A DNA stretch of 64,000 bases from contig JAWKSQ010000002.1 in the NCBI GenBank assembly GCA_041389045.1, positions 23,898 to 87,897 of the forward strand. The letters run 5' to 3'. Both the position numbers and the translations under genes were made by a program. Shown piece after piece: positions 36,725 to 45,276 of the stretch (position 1 is the stretch's first letter; the number at the start of each line of letters is the position of its first letter). The DNA is from Minisyncoccota bacterium. Its GTDB lineage: Bacteria; Patescibacteriota; Minisyncoccia; Phycocordibacterales; UBA918. Below the pieces are notes generated by a model that worked only from the letters and a program-made list of their open reading frames with translations, was not told the origin of the DNA and made no database searches.

Positions 36725-36878
36725 TGCATAGCTGGTTGTTTTATTTCATATACATAGAATGAGGGGATAAAACTCTATTGGGCTTTTTTATAAAGAACCC
36801 ATAAATCCTTGACACACCCCTAACATTCCCATAGTCTAAGTTTTGGCCTAGTTTTTTGTAACCAACTGGAGACATGTC

Positions 36879-37286
36879 ATGACACAATTAACATACTTTG
36901 TTGTAGAAGGTATATATGGCAGGTGCAAATCATTGACAATAGACCAGGTAAACAAGGAAATTTCCTTATGCAGACCTGGCCAATTGCTACTTTCCAACAA
37001 AGTGAAAGACCCAAACAATCTTGTCCGTAAAATGAAAGATGAGGAGAGGATTCTTTTACCATTCGACAATTCCATCCTGCGGGTGATCTCAAAAAATGAT
37101 TACGAGGGAATGGAAGACTGGGAATTATTTTACGGTACGTACTCAAAACAACAAAGGTTTAGGGTCCCAAATCCGAAATGGGAGCATGTAAGGGTTATCT
37201 CAGACGGTGCTTGTGACACCATAATCCTTTCGCAGAAGGAAGTCTTTCCAGGCTCTTTTACCCCAATAGCGACGACAGTTTCATGA
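36879..37286 (+). CDS. hypothetical protein
   Basis: 135 aa with GGAGA 8 nt upstream of the ATG. No motif recognised. Confidence 0.55.
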   Translation: MTQLTYFVVEGIYGRCKSLTIDQVNKEISLCRPGQLLLSNKVKDPNNLVRKMKDEERILLPFDNSILRVISKNDYEGMEDWELFYGTYSKQQRFRVPNPKWEHVRVISDGACDTIILSQKEVFPGSFTPIATTVS

Positions 37287-37395
37287 GAACTATACTCATC
37301 ACCGATAGCTCACCTCCTTGGTGGGCTGTCATTAATTTAGACATATCGAATCTGGCCTTGTTTTAACAAAATATTTATTGTACACTTCTTCGCAC

Positions 37396-37468
37396 GCGCC
37401 TTTAGCTCAGTTGGTAGAGCAGCTCCCTCTTGGAGACGGTCCAAGGTTCGAGCCTTGAAGGCGCACCA
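37396..37468 (+). tRNA. tRNA-like gene (Lys-CTT-like) with encoded CCA and non-canonical anticodon and T loops
   Basis: GCGCCTT TA GCTC AGTTGGTA GAGC A GCTCC CTCTT GGAGA CGGTC CAAGG TTCGAG CCTTG AAGGCGC A CCA. It has a 5-nt anticodon loop and a 6-nt T loop. Function is doubtful, or indel errors are present. Confidence 0.4.
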
Positions 37469-37960
37469 AGGTGAATACAAAAACACTGGTTTTTTAAACC
37501 AGTGTTTTTGTATTCAGGAAGCAAACTGCTTTGCTTTCGTACCTTGGTGCGAGTCGGAGACATATTTCTTTTCTTGCCTAGAAAAGAAATAGTCGAGACC
37601 GGGGTGAGAAAGTGTCTAAACACTTTCGCAAGACCTTTTGAGAAATTTATTTCCAAAAGGTGTATCGCTTCTGTAAGAAGAAAGTTCTTATGAGCGTAGC
37701 GAATTAGAAACTTGACCCCGCAAAAAACTGCCACCCGGCAGTTTTTTAATATGTGCGCCTTCAAGGTGTAGCTTTTCGTTAAGAAAAGCGTTACACGGCT
37801 CGAAAAGCTTTTGCGATAGATTCGACTGAAAGGAGAATATATCCAAAAGGTGTACAGTTCCTGTAAGGAAAGAGCCATTGTTTTTATGTATTGTGTAGAA
37901 ATAATTATATTAAGTAACTCGTGACCACAAAGCGTTACACGGCTCGACATAAAGAAACCC
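37469..37960 (+). repeat. composite mosaic repeat region F
   Basis: A 17-bp perfect hairpin is followed by GAAGCAAACTGCTTTGCTTTC. CCTTGGTGCG (37542-51) and GTGCGCCTTCAAGG (37753-66) are both reverse complements of the tRNA-like 3' end. The short core variant is GGGGTGAGAAAGTGTCTAAACACTTTCGCAAGACC. Beta segments AAAAGGTGTA...CTGTAAG(G/A)AA(A/G)A occur twice. The terminal sequence is TAAGTAACTCGTGACC. Confidence 0.7.
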
Positions 37961-38017
37961 TTTCTGACTCATAAACGAGAATGGTCCAGAAATAAATTTT
38001 CTGGACCAACCGATTTG

Positions 38018-38099
38018 TGCGCGGGAGAGGACTTGAACCTCCACAGATTGCTCTATTAGTTCCTAAGACTAACGCGTCTACCAATTTCGCCACCCGCGC
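38018..38099 (-). tRNA. tRNA-Leu(TAG)
   Basis: Minus strand reads GCGCGGG TG GCGA AATTGGTAG ACGC G TTAGT CTTAGGA ACTAA, a long variable arm, GGAGG TTCAAGT CCTCT, CCCGCGC A. Confidence 0.9.
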
Positions 38100-38153
38100 A
38101 GGTGGATGTGCGCAAGAGTATAGCATATTATTATAAGTTTGCGAGAGTTTACC

Positions 38154-39191
38154 TTAACTCGTTGCTCGCAACCTTGCTTTCTTAAATTGCCTTGGTCTAA
38201 GGAATTTATTGTAATATCTAGCAAACTTTTTCTTAAAGCCAGCTGGAGCTTTGTCGGTGAGCTGACACCAAGTAGAACAATAACCACCCCGCTTCTCTAT
38301 ACAGTCATCACAACCAAGAAAAAGCACGTGGGCAGATCTGATTTTTGCAGTGATAGTGCGTGTCACTTTTAGCTTCATGACATAAATGGCAGTGAGAAAT
38401 AATTTCTTCCCAATTGTCTCACCCAACCTTTCATCAAACACAAAATTCTTGCCTTTAAATTTGTTAGGCAAGCCTTCACGTTCTACTTGGTGCTTATAGT
38501 CAATCACTCCACCCTTAAGGTGCTTCACATTAGTATAGCCTTGATGTTTAAGCCAGGCACTTGCCTTCTCACAACGAATACCACCAGTACAGTAAAGGGC
38601 GATCTTTTTATTCTTATGGACAGTTAGCATCTTGGGTACCATTTGTAGTTCTTCCCGGAAAGTGTCAACGTCAGGTGTGATTGCTCCTTCAAAGTGTCCG
38701 ATCTCACTTTCGTAGGCATTTCGCATATCTATCACCACGGCCTCAGGATCTTCTAGATAAGCATTCATTTCCGAGGCCGTCAGATACTCGCCAGTATTAC
38801 TAGGATCAAAACTACTATCATCGAGTCCATCAGCCACAATTTTCTTTCTGACTTTAATCGTTAGTTTATAGAATGATGGTGCGTCCCCTTCCTCTACAGC
38901 AATCTTGTATGGTACTCCTTTTAACTCCGGTAGACTTTGCACAAAGTTATCAAACTTATCCCAGTTTTCTTTCGGAACATTCATCTGAGCATTAATTCCT
39001 TCATGAGCGACGTAGATACGCCCAAGACAATCCATCTCAGTCCAAGCCATATATAACTTTTCTCTAAAAGCATCCGGATCGGCAATCTTTACGTAGCGAT
39101 AAAAAGACAAGGTGGTACGTGGGCGAGTATCAGCCAAAGTGGCTTGTTTTTTCTCCGCCCGCGAACGCATGTCTTTTGTAATAGTTGGCAT
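38154..39191 (-). CDS. trhO: rhodanese-domain tRNA uridine(34) hydroxylase TrhO (UPF0176/YceA family)
   Basis: Contains LSFYRYVKIADP, CTGGIRCEKASAWLK and a C-terminal Cys cluster. The start is taken at MPTITKD. Confidence 0.8.
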   Translation of the reverse strand: MPTITKDMRSRAEKKQATLADTRPRTTLSFYRYVKIADPDAFREKLYMAWTEMDCLGRIYVAHEGINAQMNVPKENWDKFDNFVQSLPELKGVPYKIAVEEGDAPSFYKLTIKVRKKIVADGLDDSSFDPSNTGEYLTASEMNAYLEDPEAVVIDMRNAYESEIGHFEGAITPDVDTFREELQMVPKMLTVHKNKKIALYCTGGIRCEKASAWLKHQGYTNVKHLKGGVIDYKHQVEREGLPNKFKGKNFVFDERLGETIGKKLFLTAIYVMKLKVTRTITAKIRSAHVLFLGCDDCIEKRGGYCSTWCQLTDKAPAGFKKKFARYYNKFLRPRQFKKARLRATS

Positions 39192-39458
39192 AAATAAATA
39201 GAAGTTAGGTGAGACAAAAATGGTACCAGAGTAGGTGTCAGTAAGCAAATGATGGAACTAAATTAATGGTGCAAAGTGATACTCCCAATAAATGACAGAG
39301 GAGTGCCCTTTGTATTTTAATCTTATGAAGACAGGGCGAAAGCTTCGCTTTCGCCCTGTCTATCTACCAATTAACCCTACAAACTCCTCCCTACACCCAA
39401 AATACCTATCTAAACTCAAAATAACCTTATTTATAAACCTAGAATGTATGCTTAAAGC

Positions 39459-39487
39459 TTGACTTTTACATCAAACTATGATATACT
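39459..39487 (+). promoter_or_regulatory. strong sigma70-like promoter followed by a ~160-nt structured leader
   Basis: TTGACT-N17-TATACT. The leader contains the stem TGAGCAAAAGG...CCTTTGCTCA, which encloses GTTTAA..TTAAAC, and the hairpin GCGGT-TAAA-ACCGC just before the RBS. Confidence 0.6.
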
Positions 39488-39675
39488 AAAGGTTGGGTGA
39501 GCAAAAGGCAGTTTAAACGCAAAAACGATTAAACTTCCCTTTGCTCATAGAACTTTGACAATCAAATAGCGCGGAAGAGGAACAAGAAAACCTCAACCGT
39601 AAAAATTCAATTCAACGCGGTTAAAACCGCAGAAGGAGAAAGAAATGGACTTTCCGAAACTACTCAGAAGCATGG

Positions 39676-40566
39676 TTGCCTGGCTTCCGGATGTCGTCGT
39701 ACTACGCTGGAATGTTGAGGCGTGCTACCGGAGGACCTGGTGGCGAAGGGACATCAGCCACCCCCACCTCCCCCTCAGCTGCTCCGACACCGAAAATCAA
39801 GGGTTTTTCAGGACCTTGGGGCACAGGTGACGAAAAAAGGATGGTCGTCAACTTGGGCAAGTTTGAAAAACGGCAGCCTGGTGGAGCCCTGATGATTTCA
39901 GATTTCGAGGGATGGCACTTCCATACTCGAGAACTCAAACTCGGAGGGAAGGTGTACGTATGGGCCATTCAGAACATGTTCAGAAGCAGGATTTCAGATC
40001 TTGGTTCTTCCGAAGGAACCAAGATCGGTAGCAAGGAAACAGTCTTTACTGTTCCCTCTCCCTCTTCTGACCCTTCTACAACCACACCCCAACAGGGTCA
40101 AAAAGTAGCGAAGCCACCGCCAGTCCGGGATATCTTCAAGCAGACAATCACCGAGGAAATCTACGCTAACGGCACCAACAATTCAGTTGACCTGCTGGCG
40201 ATGATGTACAAGATCATCACAGACACAATGGCTGCTACAGGTGGAGACAAGACTAAAGGCTTCGAAGCCTGCTTGACCTACCTGAAGAACCAGGGAATAC
40301 CGACAGTTGATCGCGAGTTGGCCAGGAAGATTGACAGGGTTGTATCGGCGACCGGTGATAATCTATCGGCCGTCATACCTAAGGTCATATCCATTATCCG
40401 CGCAAGCGGTACCATGACTGAGGCAGGCCTTACAGCCTTCGTACCTTGGTTTGAAAGTCAAGTCAACGCCCGCGGGCAAGATCTCGCTATGCGCCGTGCG
40501 CAACCACCAACCAAGTCGCAAAGCGCTTTTGCTATCTGGCATAAAGCGATGAAGCGAATTTTTTGA
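39676..40566 (+). CDS. hypothetical protein, G+C-rich orphan (5' end uncertain)
   Basis: 296-aa ORF from TTG 39676. A good RBS (AAGGAGAAAGAA) serves ATG 39645 in the -1 frame, so a frameshifted N-terminus (MDFPKLLRSMV|LPGFR) is possible. The N-terminal third is rich in P, S and T. Confidence 0.55.
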   Translation: MPGFRMSSYYAGMLRRATGGPGGEGTSATPTSPSAAPTPKIKGFSGPWGTGDEKRMVVNLGKFEKRQPGGALMISDFEGWHFHTRELKLGGKVYVWAIQNMFRSRISDLGSSEGTKIGSKETVFTVPSPSSDPSTTTPQQGQKVAKPPPVRDIFKQTITEEIYANGTNNSVDLLAMMYKIITDTMAATGGDKTKGFEACLTYLKNQGIPTVDRELARKIDRVVSATGDNLSAVIPKVISIIRASGTMTEAGLTAFVPWFESQVNARGQDLAMRRAQPPTKSQSAFAIWHKAMKRIF

Positions 40567-40584
40567 ACACAGGAGTAACCAAAA

Positions 40585-41565
40585 ATGATCAATCAAGCAC
40601 GTCAGATCACGGCCACAGCAGTCAGAGCGGTCACACAAGAGTATGACTCGGACTGGCCACGAAAGGCGCACAGTACCTTGATGGCAATCATTGCCACTCT
40701 TTTCATCACTCTCGTAGCGATGTGGGTATTGAACATCACTGGAGCCAAGGGGGTCAACGGGTTTTTCTTCTGGGGAGGAGTTTTCTTCCTTGTCGGGAAA
40801 TCACTCCTGCCGTCCGTCATCGGTACAGTAGGATTCCTCGGGTTCTTCTTTGCATGGCTCAATGACAGCGACAAAAGCCGAGGCATACTCAAAGGACTTT
40901 CGGTTTGGGCACAGATAGTGGAAGGCATGATTTTTGTGTGGATGTCTGCCGCATTTGTGCTGTGGACATTCTCATACGAAGATGCACCACTTGGAAACTT
41001 CTGGCTACATTTGGCTGGAGCTTCGCTTTTGACCCTTGTTGCCAGAAAAATGGGCTTTGGTGGCAAGACAGGAACATTTATCTTGGGTTGCTACATCGTA
41101 GCTGTCCTAGGCATGAACCTGTGGAACGACCATATTCCAGCCAACTTGAAGGGTGACAGCGACTCAGAGTCGACGAAACCCCTTACTGCAAAGGAGCAGA
41201 AGGACCGGCTGGCTCGAGAGATCCAAGAAGCCGAGCTGGCTCGGGTACGGGCTGTAGCGAGCGAGGCAACTCGTCAGGCGACAGAAAGAGCACGGGCCGA
41301 ATCTGTGACTGACGCTAAAGCAGGAACCTGCCTGCGCCGGTACACAGAGCAAAAAAACTGCGTGACAGTCGTATTCGGTCACAACACCAAATACGACCGT
41401 GAGGGGATTGCTGGACACTGTATTGTCTCCGACCCAGTCAGTGCGCTCACTCGCACTGACCTAGGAGGCGGACAATATCGGTACGTCGGCAAAGCCGGGT
41501 TAACAGCCCAGTTCTTTGACCTACCGGTCGGTCAATCGATCGGAACCTTCAAGTGCGGGGGCTAA
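40585..41565 (+). CDS. hypothetical polytopic membrane protein with C-terminal soluble domain, G+C-rich orphan
   Basis: AGGAG RBS, about 5-6 TM helices, a charged coiled segment (KEQKDRLAREIQEAELARVRA), and a Cys-containing C-terminus. Confidence 0.65.
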   Translation: MINQARQITATAVRAVTQEYDSDWPRKAHSTLMAIIATLFITLVAMWVLNITGAKGVNGFFFWGGVFFLVGKSLLPSVIGTVGFLGFFFAWLNDSDKSRGILKGLSVWAQIVEGMIFVWMSAAFVLWTFSYEDAPLGNFWLHLAGASLLTLVARKMGFGGKTGTFILGCYIVAVLGMNLWNDHIPANLKGDSDSESTKPLTAKEQKDRLAREIQEAELARVRAVASEATRQATERARAESVTDAKAGTCLRRYTEQKNCVTVVFGHNTKYDREGIAGHCIVSDPVSALTRTDLGGGQYRYVGKAGLTAQFFDLPVGQSIGTFKCGG

Positions 41566-41587
41566 AGTAACCCCCCTTTGAACAACA

Positions 41588-41624
41588 GTGGCCCGGGCGC
41601 TTTATGCGACCGGGTCACTTTTTT
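41588..41624 (+). terminator. rho-independent terminator
   Basis: GTGGCCCGG-loop-CCGGGTCAC followed by TTTTTT. Confidence 0.8.
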
Positions 41625-41649
41625 ATTCAAATAACTGATTATTAAGAGT

Positions 41650-42096
41650 TTAAGGTGTGCCTGGATTAGGACCTCCTACAGGTGGAGTACCACCGGGATT
41701 AGGACCTCCTACAGGTGGAGTGCCACCGGGATTAGGACCTCCTACAGGTGGAGTGCCACCGGGATTAGGTAATCTGAATACTTCGTTACAGCCGGACGCC
41801 GATGGATTTTGAGCGCAGTCTAGCTCTTGATTAAGACCAAAAGTTCCCGCTGCGATACTTAAAATAGCAAAAGCTGAGGCCATTACGACCAAACCAATAA
41901 TACCAAAGGTGATATGTTTCTTCCCTTCTGCGCGAGCAGATTCATTATCAGCATTCATGATGTAGAGCGCACAACCATAAATAAAAACTAAAAAAGCAAT
42001 ACCCGAGAGCAGTGAGATGGTAGGAAAAAGAATCGCCGTGTTTAGTCTATCAACTAGTTTTCCAGCCTCAATCGTAGCGGATTCTTGTGGTGACAT
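41650..42096 (-). CDS. TrbC/VirB2-like pilin-like membrane protein with C-terminal PGGTPPVGGPN repeats
   Basis: Two TM helices flank NADNESARAEGKK. The tail has three 30-bp tandem repeats (41668-41765) encoding NPGGTPPVGG. Confidence 0.65.
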   Translation of the reverse strand: MSPQESATIEAGKLVDRLNTAILFPTISLLSGIAFLVFIYGCALYIMNADNESARAEGKKHITFGIIGLVVMASAFAILSIAAGTFGLNQELDCAQNPSASGCNEVFRLPNPGGTPPVGGPNPGGTPPVGGPNPGGTPPVGGPNPGTP

Positions 42097-42191
42097 ATTG
42101 CTACTATATTAGCATGACCACCCGAGTCCGACACCTCTAATACACAAAAGACCCCGAAGGGTCTTTTGTGTATTAGAGGTGTAAACTAAAA

Positions 42192-42584
42192 CTAAGGTGT
42201 AATCTTAACTTGCGGTAAAGTACCTTCAATTGAAGGGTCCTTTAATCCAGTTGTGTTTACAAGGAAGTTTACTACTCCCCAGAAAACAATGATAATGACG
42301 AACGCTAGAGTAGCGTAGATCATCAAACTCTTTCCCTTTTCCTTGGCCTCATCGTTAGATCCACCGACAATGAAGAATTGGAACATTCCCCAAACGAATA
42401 CTAGGAAACCAATACCAATAATAAATGGGATGAGAACACTATTAGTAAAAATAAGGATGTTCTTTAGCAAGTCTCCAAAAGGACCACCAGAACCATTATC
42501 TGCTAGACCACCCTGCGCAAACACCATCGCTACTGGCAGAGCATATAGGGCTGTAGAACCAATAAGAAATTTTAAACGTCGCAT
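42192..42584 (-). CDS. TrbC/VirB2-like pilin-like membrane protein
   Basis: Signal peptide and two TM helices flanking GGSNDEAKEKGK. Confidence 0.6.
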   Translation of the reverse strand: MRRLKFLIGSTALYALPVAMVFAQGGLADNGSGGPFGDLLKNILIFTNSVLIPFIIGIGFLVFVWGMFQFFIVGGSNDEAKEKGKSLMIYATLAFVIIIVFWGVVNFLVNTTGLKDPSIEGTLPQVKITP

Positions 42585-42688
42585 ACGACAAATCAATTAA
42601 TATTATTAATAACTTAACTACCAACTATAATTATACACCAAAATCATGGATTTCGAGTATTTTCAATCACAACTGTGCATAAAGAAAA

Positions 42689-42943
42689 TTAGCCAAAGAT
42701 GGAGTTTTTTATCAAAGCTACAATCCCCCAAATCACCACTACCACCACCATGACAATAACACCAGTTATAGCGTACTGCCTTCCCTCCTCCTGCTTTTTT
42801 TCATCATCTGCATGAACCACCCAGGCGTCAAAAATCTTAAAAGCTAACACGACAAAAACCACACCGATGATGACAGGCACGAGCAAGTTGATCAAATTAA
42901 GTAGGCTGTTAACTAATTCAGTATAAGTAGTGGGGGTAGACAT
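42689..42943 (-). CDS. TrbC/VirB2-like pilin-like small membrane protein
   Basis: 84 aa with two TM helices flanking HADDEKKQEEGRQ. Confidence 0.6.
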   Translation of the reverse strand: MSTPTTYTELVNSLLNLINLLVPVIIGVVFVVLAFKIFDAWVVHADDEKKQEEGRQYAITGVIVMVVVVVIWGIVALIKNSIFG

Positions 42944-42948
42944 AGAAA

Positions 42949-43344
42949 TTAAAAATTAGTCACTAAGTTTTTCACAATCGTAGCAATGGCTACCGCCCCA
43001 AGAATGATCACACCACCAATCACGGCGTAAGTCAGGGCCGTAGTAGCTTGCTTGACTTGTTCGGCGTTGCCACGAGCAGTGACATAAAGGAACCCAGAAT
43101 AAATAATGAAGAAAACAATAATCGGTACTGCCAGTACCATAACAATGGCTAAAATAGCTTCCAGTAGACCTTCAATACTATCGATCTTTAATGGGTTTTT
43201 AATCGGAATTGACGTACTTCTGTCATTAGGCACAGTCTGTGCCAGTGCAGACATAGTAAATAAATTTTCCACCAAAAAACAGCCCCCTAAGTAAAGATAA
43301 AGTCGACTTGATACCAACCAGTTAAAAATTTGTCGTTTTTTCAT
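42949..43344 (-). CDS. TrbC/VirB2-like pilin-like membrane protein
   Basis: Signal peptide and two TM helices flanking ARGNAEQVKQATT. Confidence 0.6.
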   Translation of the reverse strand: MKKRQIFNWLVSSRLYLYLGGCFLVENLFTMSALAQTVPNDRSTSIPIKNPLKIDSIEGLLEAILAIVMVLAVPIIVFFIIYSGFLYVTARGNAEQVKQATTALTYAVIGGVIILGAVAIATIVKNLVTNF

Positions 43345-43359
43345 AGATAATAATTAAAA

Positions 43360-44664
43360 TTAATAGGCCAACTCGAAGCGTTTAATGGCATCAAATGAAG
43401 CGGTCGACAACTCACTGCGATTGGCACTAACGTCGTCGAGCAACTTCACAATAATATCATCTACCTTTTCCATCGCGGGATTAAGCCAGCCACGAGCGCT
43501 TGGGGCGGACGTATAAGCGACTTGTCCATAAACGTCACGACTACCTGCTAGTAGTGACGCGCGGTACACTGGGGCTAAGTTGTAGGAATCAGCGATCTTT
43601 TTGGTGTTTATCTGACTACCAAGCTCCTGCATGACGGCATAAGCACCCACTTTATTGGAAGCAGAGCGAGGTGGTACTAGAGTATAGAATTTACCATAAG
43701 TACGTTTAACAGTGGCGCCAGCACCTTGCGGTACTTCGGCAATATCAAAGTTGAGATTTGGGTTCTTAGCTTCGATATCTCTAGCTTCACTAGCAAAACC
43801 AAAATACATCGCCAACTCTTCTCGCAAAAACATGTCCTTGTCGTTAGCTAACGACCGATTCCAAGAATAAAGAGTATTAGAAACGGAACTAAAGTTGGTA
43901 AAGAAAGTCATAGCCGTAGTGAAAGGCTTACCTTGAGGAGAACCAAGCATTTCGTTCAGTCTAACTTTATAAAAAGAGGATTCTTCCGTCACTAAAGTAC
44001 TACCGCCCTGAAGCAATAGCATAGAAATTACTGGAAATGCGTTGGTAATATTGCGATAAGTTCCCATCGCTAAAGCCGAGGTTTTGATACTACGATTGGC
44101 GTCTCTCACAGTCAGGGCCGGCGCCACTTCCCCCACCACCGCTTCCCAAGTAGATGGTGCTACTAGAAGGTTTTTGTTAGCAAACATGTCACGATTCCAG
44201 TAGAGGACCAGAGGATCAACCGCTATTGGAAAACCATAGATACCGTCATTACGGGCAAAGATTTCTGCACCATCAATATAAGCTGAGCGAAAATCTCTAA
44301 TCGGTGCTGACTCATAAGGAAAAGCCTCAAGTTTGGAGCGATTTTTTACTAACAACTCATGGGGTATAAGCACCAAGTCAGGGCCCTTACCATCGGCCAA
44401 GGCGTTTACAAAGACCTGGTCGAAGTCCGACTGCGAAATATAACGGTAAGTTACTCGATCATAGGCTTTGTTGGTAACAGCTATTTCAGTAATCAAAGCG
44501 TCAATGGACTCGGCTGGTAGAGTACCCCAAATAGACACTGCGCCGTTTAAAGCCACTTCTCCATCACCTTCTTTTGGCTCCACTCCACTAAGAATAATCA
44601 AAGCCAAAACTATCAAAACAGAGAAGATAACCACTAAAGTTAATTCAAAGGGTCTTAATTTCAT
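43360..44664 (-). CDS. membrane-anchored extracellular solute-binding protein (ABC type, family 1-like)
   Basis: N-terminal TM anchor. Contains GKGPDLVLIPHE and PIAVDPLVLYWNRDMF, a pattern typical of periplasmic binding proteins. Confidence 0.6.
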   Translation of the reverse strand: MKLRPFELTLVVIFSVLIVLALIILSGVEPKEGDGEVALNGAVSIWGTLPAESIDALITEIAVTNKAYDRVTYRYISQSDFDQVFVNALADGKGPDLVLIPHELLVKNRSKLEAFPYESAPIRDFRSAYIDGAEIFARNDGIYGFPIAVDPLVLYWNRDMFANKNLLVAPSTWEAVVGEVAPALTVRDANRSIKTSALAMGTYRNITNAFPVISMLLLQGGSTLVTEESSFYKVRLNEMLGSPQGKPFTTAMTFFTNFSSVSNTLYSWNRSLANDKDMFLREELAMYFGFASEARDIEAKNPNLNFDIAEVPQGAGATVKRTYGKFYTLVPPRSASNKVGAYAVMQELGSQINTKKIADSYNLAPVYRASLLAGSRDVYGQVAYTSAPSARGWLNPAMEKVDDIIVKLLDDVSANRSELSTASFDAIKRFELAY

Positions 44665-45209
44665 ATTTTACGCACGGCAAAACCGTAATGATGATCTCCG
44701 GTCGGATACTCACGTTCGAGATTAAAGCGATTAGCTTCACAGAGTGCCACCGCCTCATCTCTAGTAACAACATCTTTTGGCTGTGGACCCAGACCACCAA
44801 AAGACTCAGACCAATCAATTACATGTAGTACACCACCAGGACGCAAGACTCGGTTGATCTCCGCCAAAGCGACGGACTTTTGTTCAAATTGAAAGAGGGT
44901 GTTTATCAAAAGTCCAGCATCGAGAGTATTGTCAGCCAACTTAATACCTTTCATTTCTTCTAAGTCACACCAAAGTGGTACGACATTCAATAAACCATTT
45001 AGTCTGGCAAAGTCACCAAGTTTATCAACCAACTGCTTTTGGATTTCACAAGCATAAACCTTACCGGTCTGACCAACTGCCTCAGATAAAATCTTGAGAT
45101 AAAAACCACTACCAGCACCAAAGTCTGCCACCTTGTCACCTTCATTTAACAGAAAGTGCGTAGACACCACTTCCGGTACCACAAATTTTCCTGGCATTGC
45201 GAAATTCAT
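44661..45209 (-). CDS. class I SAM-dependent methyltransferase
   Basis: Contains VADFGAGSGFY and LRPGGVLHVIDW. Its TGA stop overlaps the ATG of the next gene. The start is set downstream of the gyrA terminator hairpin (45222-45250). Confidence 0.75.
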   Translation of the reverse strand: MNFAMPGKFVVPEVVSTHFLLNEGDKVADFGAGSGFYLKILSEAVGQTGKVYACEIQKQLVDKLGDFARLNGLLNVVPLWCDLEEMKGIKLADNTLDAGLLINTLFQFEQKSVALAEINRVLRPGGVLHVIDWSESFGGLGPQPKDVVTRDEAVALCEANRFNLEREYPTGDHHYGFAVRKI

Positions 45210-45276
45210 ACTAGTTATTATACACAATAAGCGCTCGCGCGCTTATTGTGACTGTGCAGACTTTATAAGGATAACT

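Noticed and set aside
39332-39362. The hairpin GACAGGGCGAAAGC-TTC-GCTTTCGCCCTGTC upstream of trhO considered as a terminator or mobile-element end.
   Set aside because: There is no adjacent T-run on either strand, no gene converges on it, and there is no second copy in the window. The evidence is insufficient to call a function.
41668-41765. The 30-bp x3 tandem repeat considered as a non-coding repeat or mini-CRISPR.
   Set aside because: It is in frame within ORF 41650-42096 and encodes PGGTPPVGGPN repeats. There are no spacers.
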